Under the pieces are notes generated by a model. That model was not told the DNA's origin. It saw nothing but the letters and a program-made list of their open reading frames with translations, and did no database searches. This document shows, piece by piece, positions 1-10,523 of a stretch of 64,000 bases of DNA (the first letter of the stretch is position 1; every line of letters starts with the position of its first letter). The position numbers and the translations under genes were made by a program. Location: contig CM068749.1 in NCBI GenBank assembly GCA_035084275.1, forward strand, positions 5,146,001 through 5,210,000. The letters are read 5' to 3'. The DNA comes from Hydrolagus colliei (lineage: Eukaryota).

Positions 1-298
1 CTCTTACTGCCTTTGTAGGACGTTTTCATCTACAAATACATAGTCACTACACTTTACTGTGAGATCGCCGCCCCATGTGAAAGGAAGACTATTATATTTA
101 ACCCAAGTGAGCAGACTATTTCACCTACAAACAAATACACAATCACTATACTTTTACAATATATCCTTTGAAACCCTCTGTGACGTTCTCCGCATGTGAA
201 AAGCGAGATATCAAATACACAAATTATTATTGTCTTATTAATCTTATAAATCTTAGTCAGCCGGCTGGCTGTGCAGAGGGTGGGGGTGGAGGAGGCTG

Positions 299-337
299 AG
301 ATATTGTACAGGTGGCACATTGTAATGGAACACTGTG
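299..337 (+). promoter_or_regulatory. 23-RSS of IgL J1 (nonamer AGATATTGT 299-307, 23-bp spacer, heptamer CACTGTG 331-337)
   Basis: Perfect heptamer abutting the J coding sequence; nonamer matches GGTTTTTGT at 6/9, exactly 23 bp upstream. Confidence 0.9.
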
Positions 338-372
338 GTGGTCGTTTGGTAAAGGAACAAAATTGGCTCTGA
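338..372 (+). CDS. Ig light-chain J segment 1 (WSFGKGTKLAL)
   Basis: FGxG motif, RSS immediately 5', phase-1 donor A|GTGAGT at 373 compatible with the C exon. Confidence 0.93.
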
Positions 373-602
373 GTGAGTACATGACATAAATCCTTATTTT
401 AAGCCTTTAAACCCCAAAGCAAAGCAAATTTACTAACCCAGCAGAATGTTTATATCAAGGATCTTGCTATCTGACAATAATACTAATCATGGAATTCACA
501 TCTCACAGCAATTTACACTGTGCAATATGAAGTGTAGTAACTATTATTTAGGCAAAGGCGGCAGCCAATTTGTGCACAGGCAGCCAGGGGTGGAGGAGGC
601 TG

Positions 603-641
603 AGATATTGTACAGGCGGCACATTATAATGTAACACTGTG
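603..641 (+). promoter_or_regulatory. 23-RSS of IgL J2 (nonamer AGATATTGT 603-611, heptamer CACTGTG 635-641)
   Basis: Same architecture as J1; heptamer and nonamer identical, 3 spacer differences. Confidence 0.9.
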
Positions 642-676
642 GCTGTCGTTTGGAAAAGGAACAAAATTGGTTCTGA
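642..676 (+). CDS. Ig light-chain J segment 2 (LSFGKGTKLVL)
   Basis: FGxG motif, RSS, phase-1 donor A|GTGAGT at 677. Confidence 0.93.
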
Positions 677-1799
677 GTGAGTACATGGTGGAAACCTTTT
701 CTTTAACCCCGAAACAAAGCAAACTCCCTTACCCAGAAGAATGTTTGTATTAAGGATTTGACTCATCTTAACAATAGTAATAATCCCGGCATTTAATATT
801 GAGTTGATCACATCATCGTAACATCTCATAATGGCTCATAGGATTTACTGTGAAATGTAGTGACTGAATATCTTTTAGGCGAAGGCGGCAGCCAATGCAC
901 ACAGCAACATTGCACAAACAGCCATGAAGTGAGTGACCAATTTTATTCAGGGGATTGTCAGCCAGGACACGAGAAATTCCCTTCTCTTTTCCAATAGTTC
1001 TGAGGGCTAATTGACGTTGGTTACATGAAAGACGGCAGGTCCTCTCCCAGCTCTGACCTGGGCTGTAAACTTCACAGGGATGACGGGAGTGGCTTGGCAA
1101 TGCCAGAGATGGGAGGGGGGGGTGGGGGGCGGTGGGGGGGCTTTTATAGTGGGACAGAATAAAATAATAATACTAATAATCAAAGCCTGACATCCAATTG
1201 TGAATACCAGCACAGACACGAGAGAGAGAGAGAGAGAGAGGGAATGGGATTAGAGAGCTCTAGAGGACAGCAAGTCCTCTGGGCATTAGCTGCATTGGTC
1301 ACCCACAATCTCTGCTCTTTACAGCCAATCCTACCAAGCGCCTCGAGACGCTCCCGACATGAAAGTCGCTGGATCAATTGTGAGGCTTACTGTTACAGTG
1401 TCGCTGGCTCCTCGTTAATCAGCTGTTTCAGGTCCACAAATTTAAGGTTTAATTTATAACCAAGAAAATAATATTTAATAAATTGGTCATTTCAATCCAC
1501 GACTGTTTGTGGGGACACTGCTGTGTGCAATTGGCTGCCGCCAATATACAGTCAATTCACTTTACAGTACATTCTGTGAATCACTTAGAGACGTCTAATA
1601 GTCATGAAAAAGAGCCATATCAAATGCAAGGATTATTATTAGTATTAAATTGTATCTGATATATTTAATGATATATATTTAACAATCATTTATATTTCAA
1701 AGTTGGGAAGAATACTTTGCTATGGGAAGCCTGTCAGAGAGTGGAATGAGATGCCAGGGGAACAGAGCTGATAGTGGGGGGGGGGGGAGTGGGGGGAAT

Positions 1800-2250
1800 T
1801 AACGGGCACATGTGGGTGGGGGGGTGGGTGGGGGGGGGGGGGAGGGAGTCAGTGGGAAAGAGCAAGTGACAGGGATCACAGAGACTCACTGGTTGGGGAG
1901 CTTCGCTGTGTGGGACATTCCAGTGGTTACACCTCGCCTGGGAGCCCAGCCTTTACAGTCACTCCAGCCTCACTGTGTTCACTGGACGCCTCAGCCTCGA
2001 GTGTTTAACAGTCTGTGACACAAACTCAATGGAGACTTTGTGCCCAGTGTCCACACAGGGTTTTTATAGCTTTGAGAGAGTTATCCCGAGAGCCCGGGAG
2101 GGGAGGGGGAGGGGGGGGGGGGGGGGGACATGATAATGTGGAGCTGCTCACCTCTGAATTGCTCAAATCCCTTCAATATTGACTGGGAATCATGACCTGC
2201 TCCGCGCCTGGGCTGCCCTCACATTCCTGGAGAGTTGGTGGGACTTTCTC
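1800..2250 (+). promoter_or_regulatory. Candidate J-C intronic enhancer (NF-kB-like sites, E-boxes, G tracts)
   Basis: GGGACATTCC 1912-1921, GGGACTTTCT 2240-2249, CACATGTG 1807-1814; motif match only. Confidence 0.35.
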
Positions 2251-2299
2251 AGCTTCCCGACACACAGAGAGTCCCGCAGATCCATCATCACATTGATAC

Positions 2300-2625
2300 A
2301 CCCCAACCCACACTGACTCACACAGTCACAACAACACAGCGACCAGGACACACTCGGATACACACAGAACAACACAGCAGCAGCAGATACCAGAATCACA
2401 TCACAGTCCCCCAGACACACACCCTCAGCCACAGACACACTCAGTCACAGACACTCACAAACACACACACAGTCACAGACACTCACACACACAGTCACAG
2501 ACACACTCAGTCACAGACACTCACATACACACAGTCACAGACAGTCATACACACAGTCACAGACACACAGTCACAGACACACACAGACAGTCACACAGAT
2601 TGACAAACACAGATGCCCACAATCA
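2300..2625 (+). repeat. Degenerate CA-rich microsatellite (CACAGACACAC units)
   Basis: Visible low complexity; source of the spurious H/T-rich ORFs. Confidence 0.9.
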
Positions 2626-2809
2626 TGTACAGACACATGGGCACAGACCAGGGCCAGCTCCCTCACAACAGGAGATGACAGTCAGTGAGCTGGGCATTGC
2701 CTGGCACTCACACACACTGTCGCTCTCCCACTATTCACAATGTGACTGGAATTTACATTTTACATCCTGTGTTGTGATTGTTTGTTTCTGTTTCAGCTGT
2801 TAGGGATCT

Positions 2810-3272
2810 GTCACTGTGTGTCTGTCACTGTGTGTGTGTGTGTGTCTGGGATGTGTGTATTGTCTGGGGTGTGTGTGTCCATCCGTCAATGTCCCTCAGA
2901 ACATGTATGTATGTTTCAGTAATTGTGAAGTGGAGGTGGCTGTGTTTGTCAGTGTGATAGTGGCACTACTGTGTGTGTGTGTGTGTGCTGTGTATGACTG
3001 GACTGTCTGTGGTGTGTGTGTGTCTGTGTTGTGTGTATGTGTATTTGCTGTGTGTGTCTGGGCTGTGTGTATTGTCTGTGCTGTGTGTTTTGGGGCTGTG
3101 TGTGTGTGTGTGTCCCTCTGTGGGAACATATATGTATGTTTCAGTAATTGTGGAGTGGAGGTGGTTGTGTTTGTCAGTGTGTTAGTGGCACTGCTGTGTG
3201 TGTGTGCGCTGTGTGTATGTGTGTGTCTGGGCTGTGTGTATGTGTGTGTCTGTGCTGTATGTGTGTGTGTGA
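2810..3272 (+). repeat. Degenerate TG-rich microsatellite containing a duplicated ~90-bp core
   Basis: TG repeats; the core GTATGTTTCAGTAATTGTG...GTGGCACT occurs near 2905 and near 3133. Confidence 0.9.
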
Positions 3273-3327
3273 GACTAAGGTCCCTTCACTGTGTGATGTG
3301 AACTGAACCTGTTGCTGTGTCCCACAG

Positions 3328-3650
3328 ACAGAGCGGTTGCTAAGCCGGTGCTGACTGTGCTGCCGCCCTCGGCTAAGGAGATGTCTGACAAGGGCACGGC
3401 CACCCTGCTCTGCCTGGCCAACGGCTTCTTCCCCGACACCCTGCAGCTGGAGTGGCAAAAGGACCAGGTGTCGGTGAGCAACGGGGTGAAGACCAGCGGC
3501 TCAGTGAAGGGCGACGACAACACTTACAGTGTGAGCAGCACCTTAACCCTGACCAAAGAGAGCTGGCAATCAGACTCCAGCTTCTCCTGTGTCATCACAC
3601 ATGACACGGGTACCCTCACACAGACCGTCAGGGTAACCGAGTGTGTGTAG
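3328..3650 (+). CDS. Ig light-chain constant domain exon (C1-set, probably sigma-related)
   Basis: Acceptor cccacag|AC, phase 1; PVLTVLPPS..ATLLCLANGFFPDTLQLEW..YSVSSTLTL..W..FSCVITH; ends in penultimate Cys (ECV*), typical of IgL; isotype not resolvable by eye. Confidence 0.92.
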
Positions 3651-3729
3651 TGACTGTCGGCGTCACAGACATCGGCCGGGAGTTGAGGGTGAGGCTACAG
3701 TCAGCCTCTCCTCTGTGGTATTGCTCAAG

Positions 3730-3940
3730 CCCCCACCCACCCACACACACACATACACACACACCCACATACACACACACCCACCCACCCACACACACGC
3801 ACCCACATACACACACACCCATCCACCCACACACATACACACCCACCCATCCACCCACACCCATCCACCCACACACACACACACCCCCACACACACACAC
3901 CCACACACACACAGTCCCACACCCACCAACACACACAAAC
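3730..3940 (+). repeat. CA/CCCA microsatellite downstream of the C exon
   Basis: Low-complexity CACACACCCA repeats. Confidence 0.9.
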
Positions 3941-4205
3941 ACATAGTCTTTAATCGATCTGAGGTGTTATCCTGCATGAGGGCGCTATGTAAATGCAAGT
4001 TGTTGTTGTTGAGTAACTGAACCCCAGAGGGAGCACATCAGGCCTGTGGCTGCCCCACTCACACTCCCCCTGTGCTGGCTCCAGCCTCTCTCTGTCCTGC
4101 CCTCAGCAGCTCTCGCTCTCTCTGTCTCACAGGCAGCTCGCTTCAGGCTCTCAGTTACTGATTGTATGGCCTTCCCTCTCTGTAAACACCCGGTCACGTT
4201 GAGAA

Positions 4206-4217
4206 AATAAAAATAAA
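4206..4217 (+). terminator. Tandem polyadenylation signals AATAAA-AATAAA of the IgL gene
   Basis: First AATAAA after the C stop codon. Confidence 0.65.
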
Positions 4218-7200
4218 AACCTTTCAATCGTCGACAGTGGCTATTGTTTATTCACGTCTGAGGCTCGAGGGGGAGAGTGGGGTGGGGGTTGTCACAGCGG
4301 AGTCTTTGTCAAACGGTGCTATTGGAAAGAGAAGGAATTTCTCTCTCCCAGAGTCCTGGCTGACAGTCCTCCAGATACAATTGATCACTCACCTCACGAC
4401 TGTTTGTGGGACGCCGCTGTGTATAAACATGGCTGTCATGTTTCGCCAACAAAATACAGTGTCTCAAGTCAACTTTACAGTATATCTTGTTAAGTGTTTT
4501 GAGACGATATTCCAAATGATAAGACGCCGTATTAGGTCACTCACCTCACTTCATGGCTGTTTGTGGGACGGATGACGTCTCTGGCTTCCCTGAGGGAAAC
4601 TACAACAATTGTACCCCAAAACACGTGGGTCTTTGTCAGATTTTTATTATTTTCACTTGCCCATTTTACAACAGTTTCCAACAAGAACCAACATCAGAGG
4701 GAACTGTCCCCGGCCCAGTCCAGCTCCCAACCCGACCACAGCACAGACTGAGCCTCCGGGACATCAGGTTTGCCCAAATCACCCCAGTCTGTTTCCCCTC
4801 CCAATCCCACCCAACTGAAAGACATAGCCTCCAATTGGTGCTGGTATCCGCTCTCACTCCTTGTTCTCTTCCCCGCACCCATGTGCTCACTCTCCCCCAC
4901 CAACCTTGCTGTCTCTCCAATGTACCTCCCCACCCTCTTCATTCTTCCCACCCTCCCAATCCCCACACTCCTATCTATTACCGCTCTCTCACCCCACCCC
5001 GCCAACTCTCATGCTCCCTCTCCCCCATCCCGATCCCCAACCCTGCCATTCTTCCATCCTCACTCGGCTCTATCTCCCCCCATCCTTCACTCTCCCTCCC
5101 AGCTCCCCAGCATTCTCCCCTTGTAGCTGTGATGGATAGTCTTTGATGCAAATTCACCAGAATTGTACCACGGTGTGAGGTAGTTAAAGGATCAGAGCCA
5201 AGGAACTGTTGAATTTGTCAGAATGAGATATCAATCTGTTTATCTCTCTTGAGGTGTAATGGCTTTTTGCAAAATGGCTTTTTTTTGTTAGATTTTGTGA
5301 GTTCATGGGTTTTATGGTCCCGTCAATGTCTTTTAGTTGAGTTGAGTTAACAATTGAATGACAAAGTTTATGTTTTCGAACCTACAAAGGATTTATTGAG
5401 GGAGGTCAATCTTAGTCAATTAAGAGTTGTGTTGGGCAAAGGATGGAGAACTGATTGGGTAAAAGTCATATGCCCACATTTGAGGTACAAAAGAGAGGGA
5501 AAGGAATTCTCTGACAGTTGTTAAATTTTGGAGTTTTAACTAACATCTAACTTTAATATCACTAATTATAAAAACTTTGAATCTCAGGAACTTAGAAGAG
5601 ATGTGAATTCGGAGTAAGTTTACTCTATTTGTTTACCCTTGGTGGTCAAAGTGTTGAGGCTCAGTGGTTAGATAAAGTTATTGTTCAAGTTGCCTTGTTA
5701 AAGTTATATTAATATAGTATTATCAAAGTACGTATTATATAAGAATTGTATTTGTTATTTTTGCATTGTATGCTCCCAGTGAAGGTATATATTTATGTTG
5801 AGGCACATGGGTTTGATTAAATAAGAAATATTTTATTAGCAGCCAAGTGTTGGGTGTGTTTTGTGAGAACACTTTGCCAGGACATGTACCTTCAACATTA
5901 AATGAGAAGAGAAGGATATCTCCATTCAGAATGCTCCTGGTAGGAGCATGTAATTCTCACTCAGAGATAAGATACCATGACAAGGGCTTAAAGGGTTAAA
6001 GTAGGAGGACAAGTTGCATAAACGTGGCTTGCATTCCCTGGAGTTTAGAAGGTAGAGGTGATTTGATTGAGGTCTAACAGAGTGTGGAGTAAGGAAACTT
6101 GCCAAGGTCTCACTCTGCCCTTGGAATCCAACCCAAGTCATCTGCTTGCGAGATGGGCGCACTAACCACTATCCTACTAGGATTCCACAGCTCTATCCAC
6201 TTTACATTAATGCCATGACTCTTGATATTGTTTGCCTCATCAAAGGCTTTCTAAAACTCAAACATTCACCACATTTCCTTCATCTTTGCTGTTACCTCCT
6301 CAGAAAATTCTGCTCAACTAGTCAAACACAATCCATGCTCAATAAGCATTATTCTTTCTTAGATGTGTGGAGAATATTGTTTAAAATCAACAGCATTTTT
6401 CAATCAGATGTGTCCAAAAGTCGAGAGGAAGCTAGACTTTCACATGAGGGAGAAGATCATAAGAACATAAGAATAAAGAGCAGGAATAGGCCATTAGGCC
6501 CCTCGAGCCTGCCCCGCTATTCAATAAGATCATGGTTGATCTTCCAATCTAACTCCACCTGCCAGCCTTATCCCCACATCCCTTAATCCCTTTTTCCTTA
6601 AGAAATCCGTCAATTTCAGAGAGAACAAAAAGGTATAGGGAGGGAGTAAGGAACGGATAAAAACTCGTGTGAGTATGAAACCAACACATGGGCTAACTGG
6701 CTTGTTTCCATGCTTTGCAAATCTTTGTAATTTAACCAGTTGTGACTAACTGGATTGCAGTCTCCAGGTTTATCTCAATCCTGGTTTCTAATCAATGGAG
6801 TCACATTTGATATTTGACACCCTGCAAACTCTTCCTGGGTTTGAACTATGTTTAGAAAATTTCTGTCAGAGCTCCCATTACTATAATCTTCCTTAACACT
6901 GCTAAGAAACCCATCTTACCCTATTGACTGGTCTGACTGGTCAACTTGAAGTGTTTTGACCTGCATCTGCCACTTCCTTCCCTACACCTTTGTTAAACAA
7001 CAGTTCCTTTTCACTATAATAAAAATAATAATAATTCTTGCATCAATTCTTTGATATAGCGCATTTCACATCTTCTAGACATCACAAATTGCTTTACAGA
7101 ATGTATTGTAAAGTGACTTGACTGTCTATTTGTGGGCAAAACACGGCAGCCAATTACCCATAACGGTGTTCCAGAAACAGTCCTGGATTGAGTGACCAAA

Positions 7201-8090
7201 ATATTATTGTTTTTATTGATAATGTCCATATCTCATACTATATATTCCATGAAGCGCTTTGAGACGTCTCAAAGTCAAGATGAGGCGGTATGATGATAAG
7301 CCAATTTTTTAAGCTTTAAATTAGACCTAATGCCTTGTTAACAAACAGTGCTCTAACTGTGGACCCAGCCTATTTGAGTGATCAACAATTGGGATTCACT
7401 TTTATTTTAGAATAGGGAGAGGATTCTTATTTCCCACACAAGATACAGTCAATCCATTTAACATATATTCTGTGAAGTACTTTGAATATCTCAACATGGT
7501 GAGGCACTGTACCAAATGCAAGGATTATTATTATTATCATGTTCCTCAAATGAACAGCAGGCTGGAGAAGGACAGAATGTCACAACAAGTACTAATATCC
7601 CAGATTTCAGTACATTTGTCAAGTTCAGATAGTCAATAAAGAAAGCTAGTTTATACAGTGATTATTAAAGGTTACAATGAATATGTAGTTTGAAACACAC
7701 TTTTGCTGCTCTTTGTTAGTGAGATCTGAAGTTACATTGCTCACTACTGTTTTCGTTGCCTGCTCAAGTCCTCATCTGACTCCTTTAAGCCTCTTTAATC
7801 TCAGCCAAGCTGTTGTAACACGGTACAGTCAGTCAGTGTAGTTGGTGATCACATTATCAGGGTCTTACATATAAATATATACAGGAATGTAGGAACAGGA
7901 GTAGGCCACTGCCTGCCCTGTTTCACTCACAAAATACACAGTCAATCCACTTTGCAGTCTATTCTGTGAAGCTCTTTGAGAAGACGTGAAAGGTGTTATA
8001 TCAAATGAAAAGATTATTATTATTATTATATTGGACTATGGCTGATCTGTATGTCAACTCCAAATATCTACCTGCCTTTGCCCCGTAATT

Positions 8091-8423
8091 CAGTAAAATC
8101 TCAATAATCTGGCACGGTTGGGCTCAGGCAACTCCCCAGATTTTGGAGTTTGCCGGTATTTGGAACCGACCTAGAAATTAGCTGAGGAAGCACCCCCCAT
8201 ACACCACAGTGCTGTAAACACAGCACTGAGGCCAAACAATGGCCGAGTGTCACTACTCTGTCACCTGGTGATAGAGTGGCGACACCGGGAACTACAAGCA
8301 GCAGTTCCCAACTTCGGGAGATTTGCCAGGTATTGGAAAAAAAATCTAATACTGTATGTATTTTGAAATCTTGCTGGTTTTAGGGAATTACCCTAGGGAT
8401 GTCCAATGATCGAGGTTGTACTG
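8091..8423. mobile_element. pogo/Tigger-like (Tc1-mariner) MITE
   Basis: Imperfect TIRs CAGTAAAATCTCAATAAT / CAGTACAACCTCGATCAT; TA on the right flank, TT on the left. Confidence 0.55.
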
Positions 8424-8574
8424 TAATATATTATATACTATATTACAATATAATACATACACAAAACCCCAGTATTAACCATATTATACAAAGAGTAATA
8501 GTGTAATATTTTCCTCACAGCTCAATAAGATTATGTTTCAGAAACTTATTAACAGTGACAGTGTATCTTTGCCT

Positions 8575-8587
8575 TCACAGCACGGTC
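8575..8587 (-). CDS. RGSL1: RGSL1-like putative terminal coding exon (K-TVL*)
   Basis: Phase-2 acceptor tcag|G gives an in-frame TGA; weak Py tract, no recalled homology. Confidence 0.3.
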
Positions 8588-8835
8588 CTGAGTAATTATA
8601 CAACTCCCCCGATGGACAAGGAGCAGTGTCCCACAAACAGACATGGTTTGAGTGAGGGCTTATTACTCCTGGAAAGTGATCTGCCAATCGACTAAGGACT
8701 GGTTCCCTCTTACTGCTAGATCAACAAAGGCATGTGGAATAATTTTGCTCCACCTAGGAATCGAACCCAGATCGACTTGTTTGTGAGGTGAGCGCACTAA
8801 CCACTGCACTACAGGGGAGCTGTAAGGTTACTTAC

Positions 8836-8883
8836 TTGGGTAAAAGTGGTTTCCTGATTCGGGAGTCCAAAGCGTAATTGTGT
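8836..8883 (-). CDS. RGSL1: RGSL1-like exon (HNYALDSRIRKPLLP)
   Basis: ctttttaacag acceptor, GTAAGT donor, phase 2-2, open frame. Confidence 0.5.
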
Positions 8884-9766
8884 CTGTTAAAAAGAGTTGG
8901 TTAGAAATGGTGAGAACAGCACTCCACATTAGCCTAGGTATTGGGATGTTCACACACATAGCGACAGGTGGGAACAACCTTCACAGCACATAGAATAGGG
9001 AAGGAAGAGGTGGGTCTTGAGACGGGAGGAGTAAGGCAGTGAAGGGCTTTCAAGGCGAGGACGCGGATTTTGAACTCTATCCTTTGGGGGAAGGACCACC
9101 AGTGAGACTGGGGGTGATAGGGTCAAGGAACATGGACAGCTGCAGAGTTCTGAATAATCTGCAATTTGTGCAGGGAAGAGTTGGGAAGGTCGACAAGCAT
9201 GGCATCAGCATAATTTATCTGGTTTGGAGCATCCATTCACACAAGGGCACTTATGCACACCCACACCCACCCACATACGAGGAGTACAGGATTACTCCCA
9301 CTGTACATATTAGTAGCTGACACTGAAGTAACCCCCTTGTTGTATTCAGGTAAATAAATAGTTAATTTCACCACAGAGATTTGGACAAGGAAGCACTCTG
9401 ATCTCCTCCTTCCAGAATAACCACTTCACCATCTGATCACAGTGTCTTAACCCCCTTTCTAGGAAACCTTGTCTAGCTGTTAGTCATTCTCAGCCTAAGG
9501 ACAACAACAACAACGATTTATATAGTGCCCTCTATGCCAGACGGCGTCTCAGAGCGCTTGGACAACCAATGCAAGCATGGAAGAAAGGAATAGAGCGGGT
9601 GGTTGGGGAGTGGAGAAGACTGGGGAAAGGGGATGTGGGGGAGGGGGAGGCTGGGGAATGAGGAAACCAGGGAGAAGCCAGCCGAGCGGAAGCAACGGGT
9701 AGTTGAGTGGATATTCCAAAGCAAAAAAGCTGTCCTAGTTGCAAGCTTCTGAACAGTGGGACTTAC

Positions 9767-9833
9767 GGAGTCGTGCCTCCTGGTTGTGATAGAGAGAAGT
9801 GTGAGGGAGACTTGATGCTCTCGTAGCTGGAAT
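9767..9833 (-). CDS. RGSL1: RGSL1-like exon (SSYESIKSPSHFSLSQPGGTT)
   Basis: Long T-tract acceptor, GTAAGT donor, phase 1-2. Confidence 0.6.
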
Positions 9834-9887
9834 CTGAACAGCAAAAAAAAAAAGCAAAGATTAGTGTAACAGCAAAGGTGCCGGAAA

Positions 9888-10312
9888 AATAATAATACTA
9901 ATAATAAGCCTTTCATTTGATACAGCGCCTTATCACATCGTCGAGACAACAACAAAATCACATTTGTACAGCGCTTTTCACGTCCAGAGGATGTCCCAAG
10001 ACACTGGGATGTCTCATAGCACCTCGTAGAATACACTGAAAGGTGGATTAACAATATTTTGTGAGCAAAATGCAGCAACCAATTGCACAAAACAGTGTCT
10101 CACAAACAGTTGCGGATTGAGTGAACAATTTACTTGTTTATTTGAAGAGATTACTACCCCCGGAGAGTGACCTGCCAGTCAACGAACAACCGGATTGCGA
10201 CTTGTTGCTAGGTAAACAGAGGCGTGTGGAGTAAGGAAACTTGCCTAAGGAATCAAACCTGGATCCTCTCGCTTGCAAGTCAAGAGTGCTACTCACTCCA
10301 TTATGGGACTCC
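9888..10312 (-). mobile_element. Near full-length tRNA-head SINE (the abundant family in this window)
   Basis: tRNA-like head GGAGTCC..., body AGGCAAGTTTCCTTACTCCACAC, tail GGCGCTGTATCAAATGAAAGGCTTATTATT. Confidence 0.8.
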
Positions 10313-10445
10313 AAGACATGCAGGAGTCAGGCAGTTAAATCTTTATATCAGCACAAACATGGCTCAGGAGATTACTAGAAGTGCGAGGAGACAATGGAGG
10401 TCAAGTGACTGTGTCCACAATCGGTGCCAAACTGCACAATCTTAC

Positions 10446-10523
10446 CAAATATAGACTCCCTTGTGAATGGGATGATCAGCTGATATCCTTTTGTCAATGT
10501 GAAGCGGATTGTAGTGCCCTCAT
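10446..10523 (-). CDS. RGSL1: RGSL1-like exon (EGTTIRFTLTKGYQLIIP...)
   Basis: Matches recalled RGSL1 AILRFTLLRGIEWLQP; AG/GTAAGA, phase 1-1. Confidence 0.8.

Larger units (their letters stand above)
270..895 (+). repeat. Tandem duplication of about 300 bp carrying J1 and J2
   Basis: 270-570 and 571-895 align, including RSS, J, donor and the downstream SINE tail. Confidence 0.85.

Noticed and set aside
1971-3293. Extra CACTGTG heptamers at 1971, 2812, 2826 and 3287 as more J segments or intron RSS
   Set aside because: No nonamer at 12 or 23 bp and no FGxG sequence follows
3328-3650. C exon as a TCR beta/gamma constant domain (CLANGFFPD resembles TCR-beta)
   Set aside because: In-frame stop right after a terminal Cys and no connecting-peptide or charged TM exon downstream; fits IgL
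2235-4020. Long H/T- and C/V-rich ORFs
   Set aside because: Translations of CA/TG microsatellites
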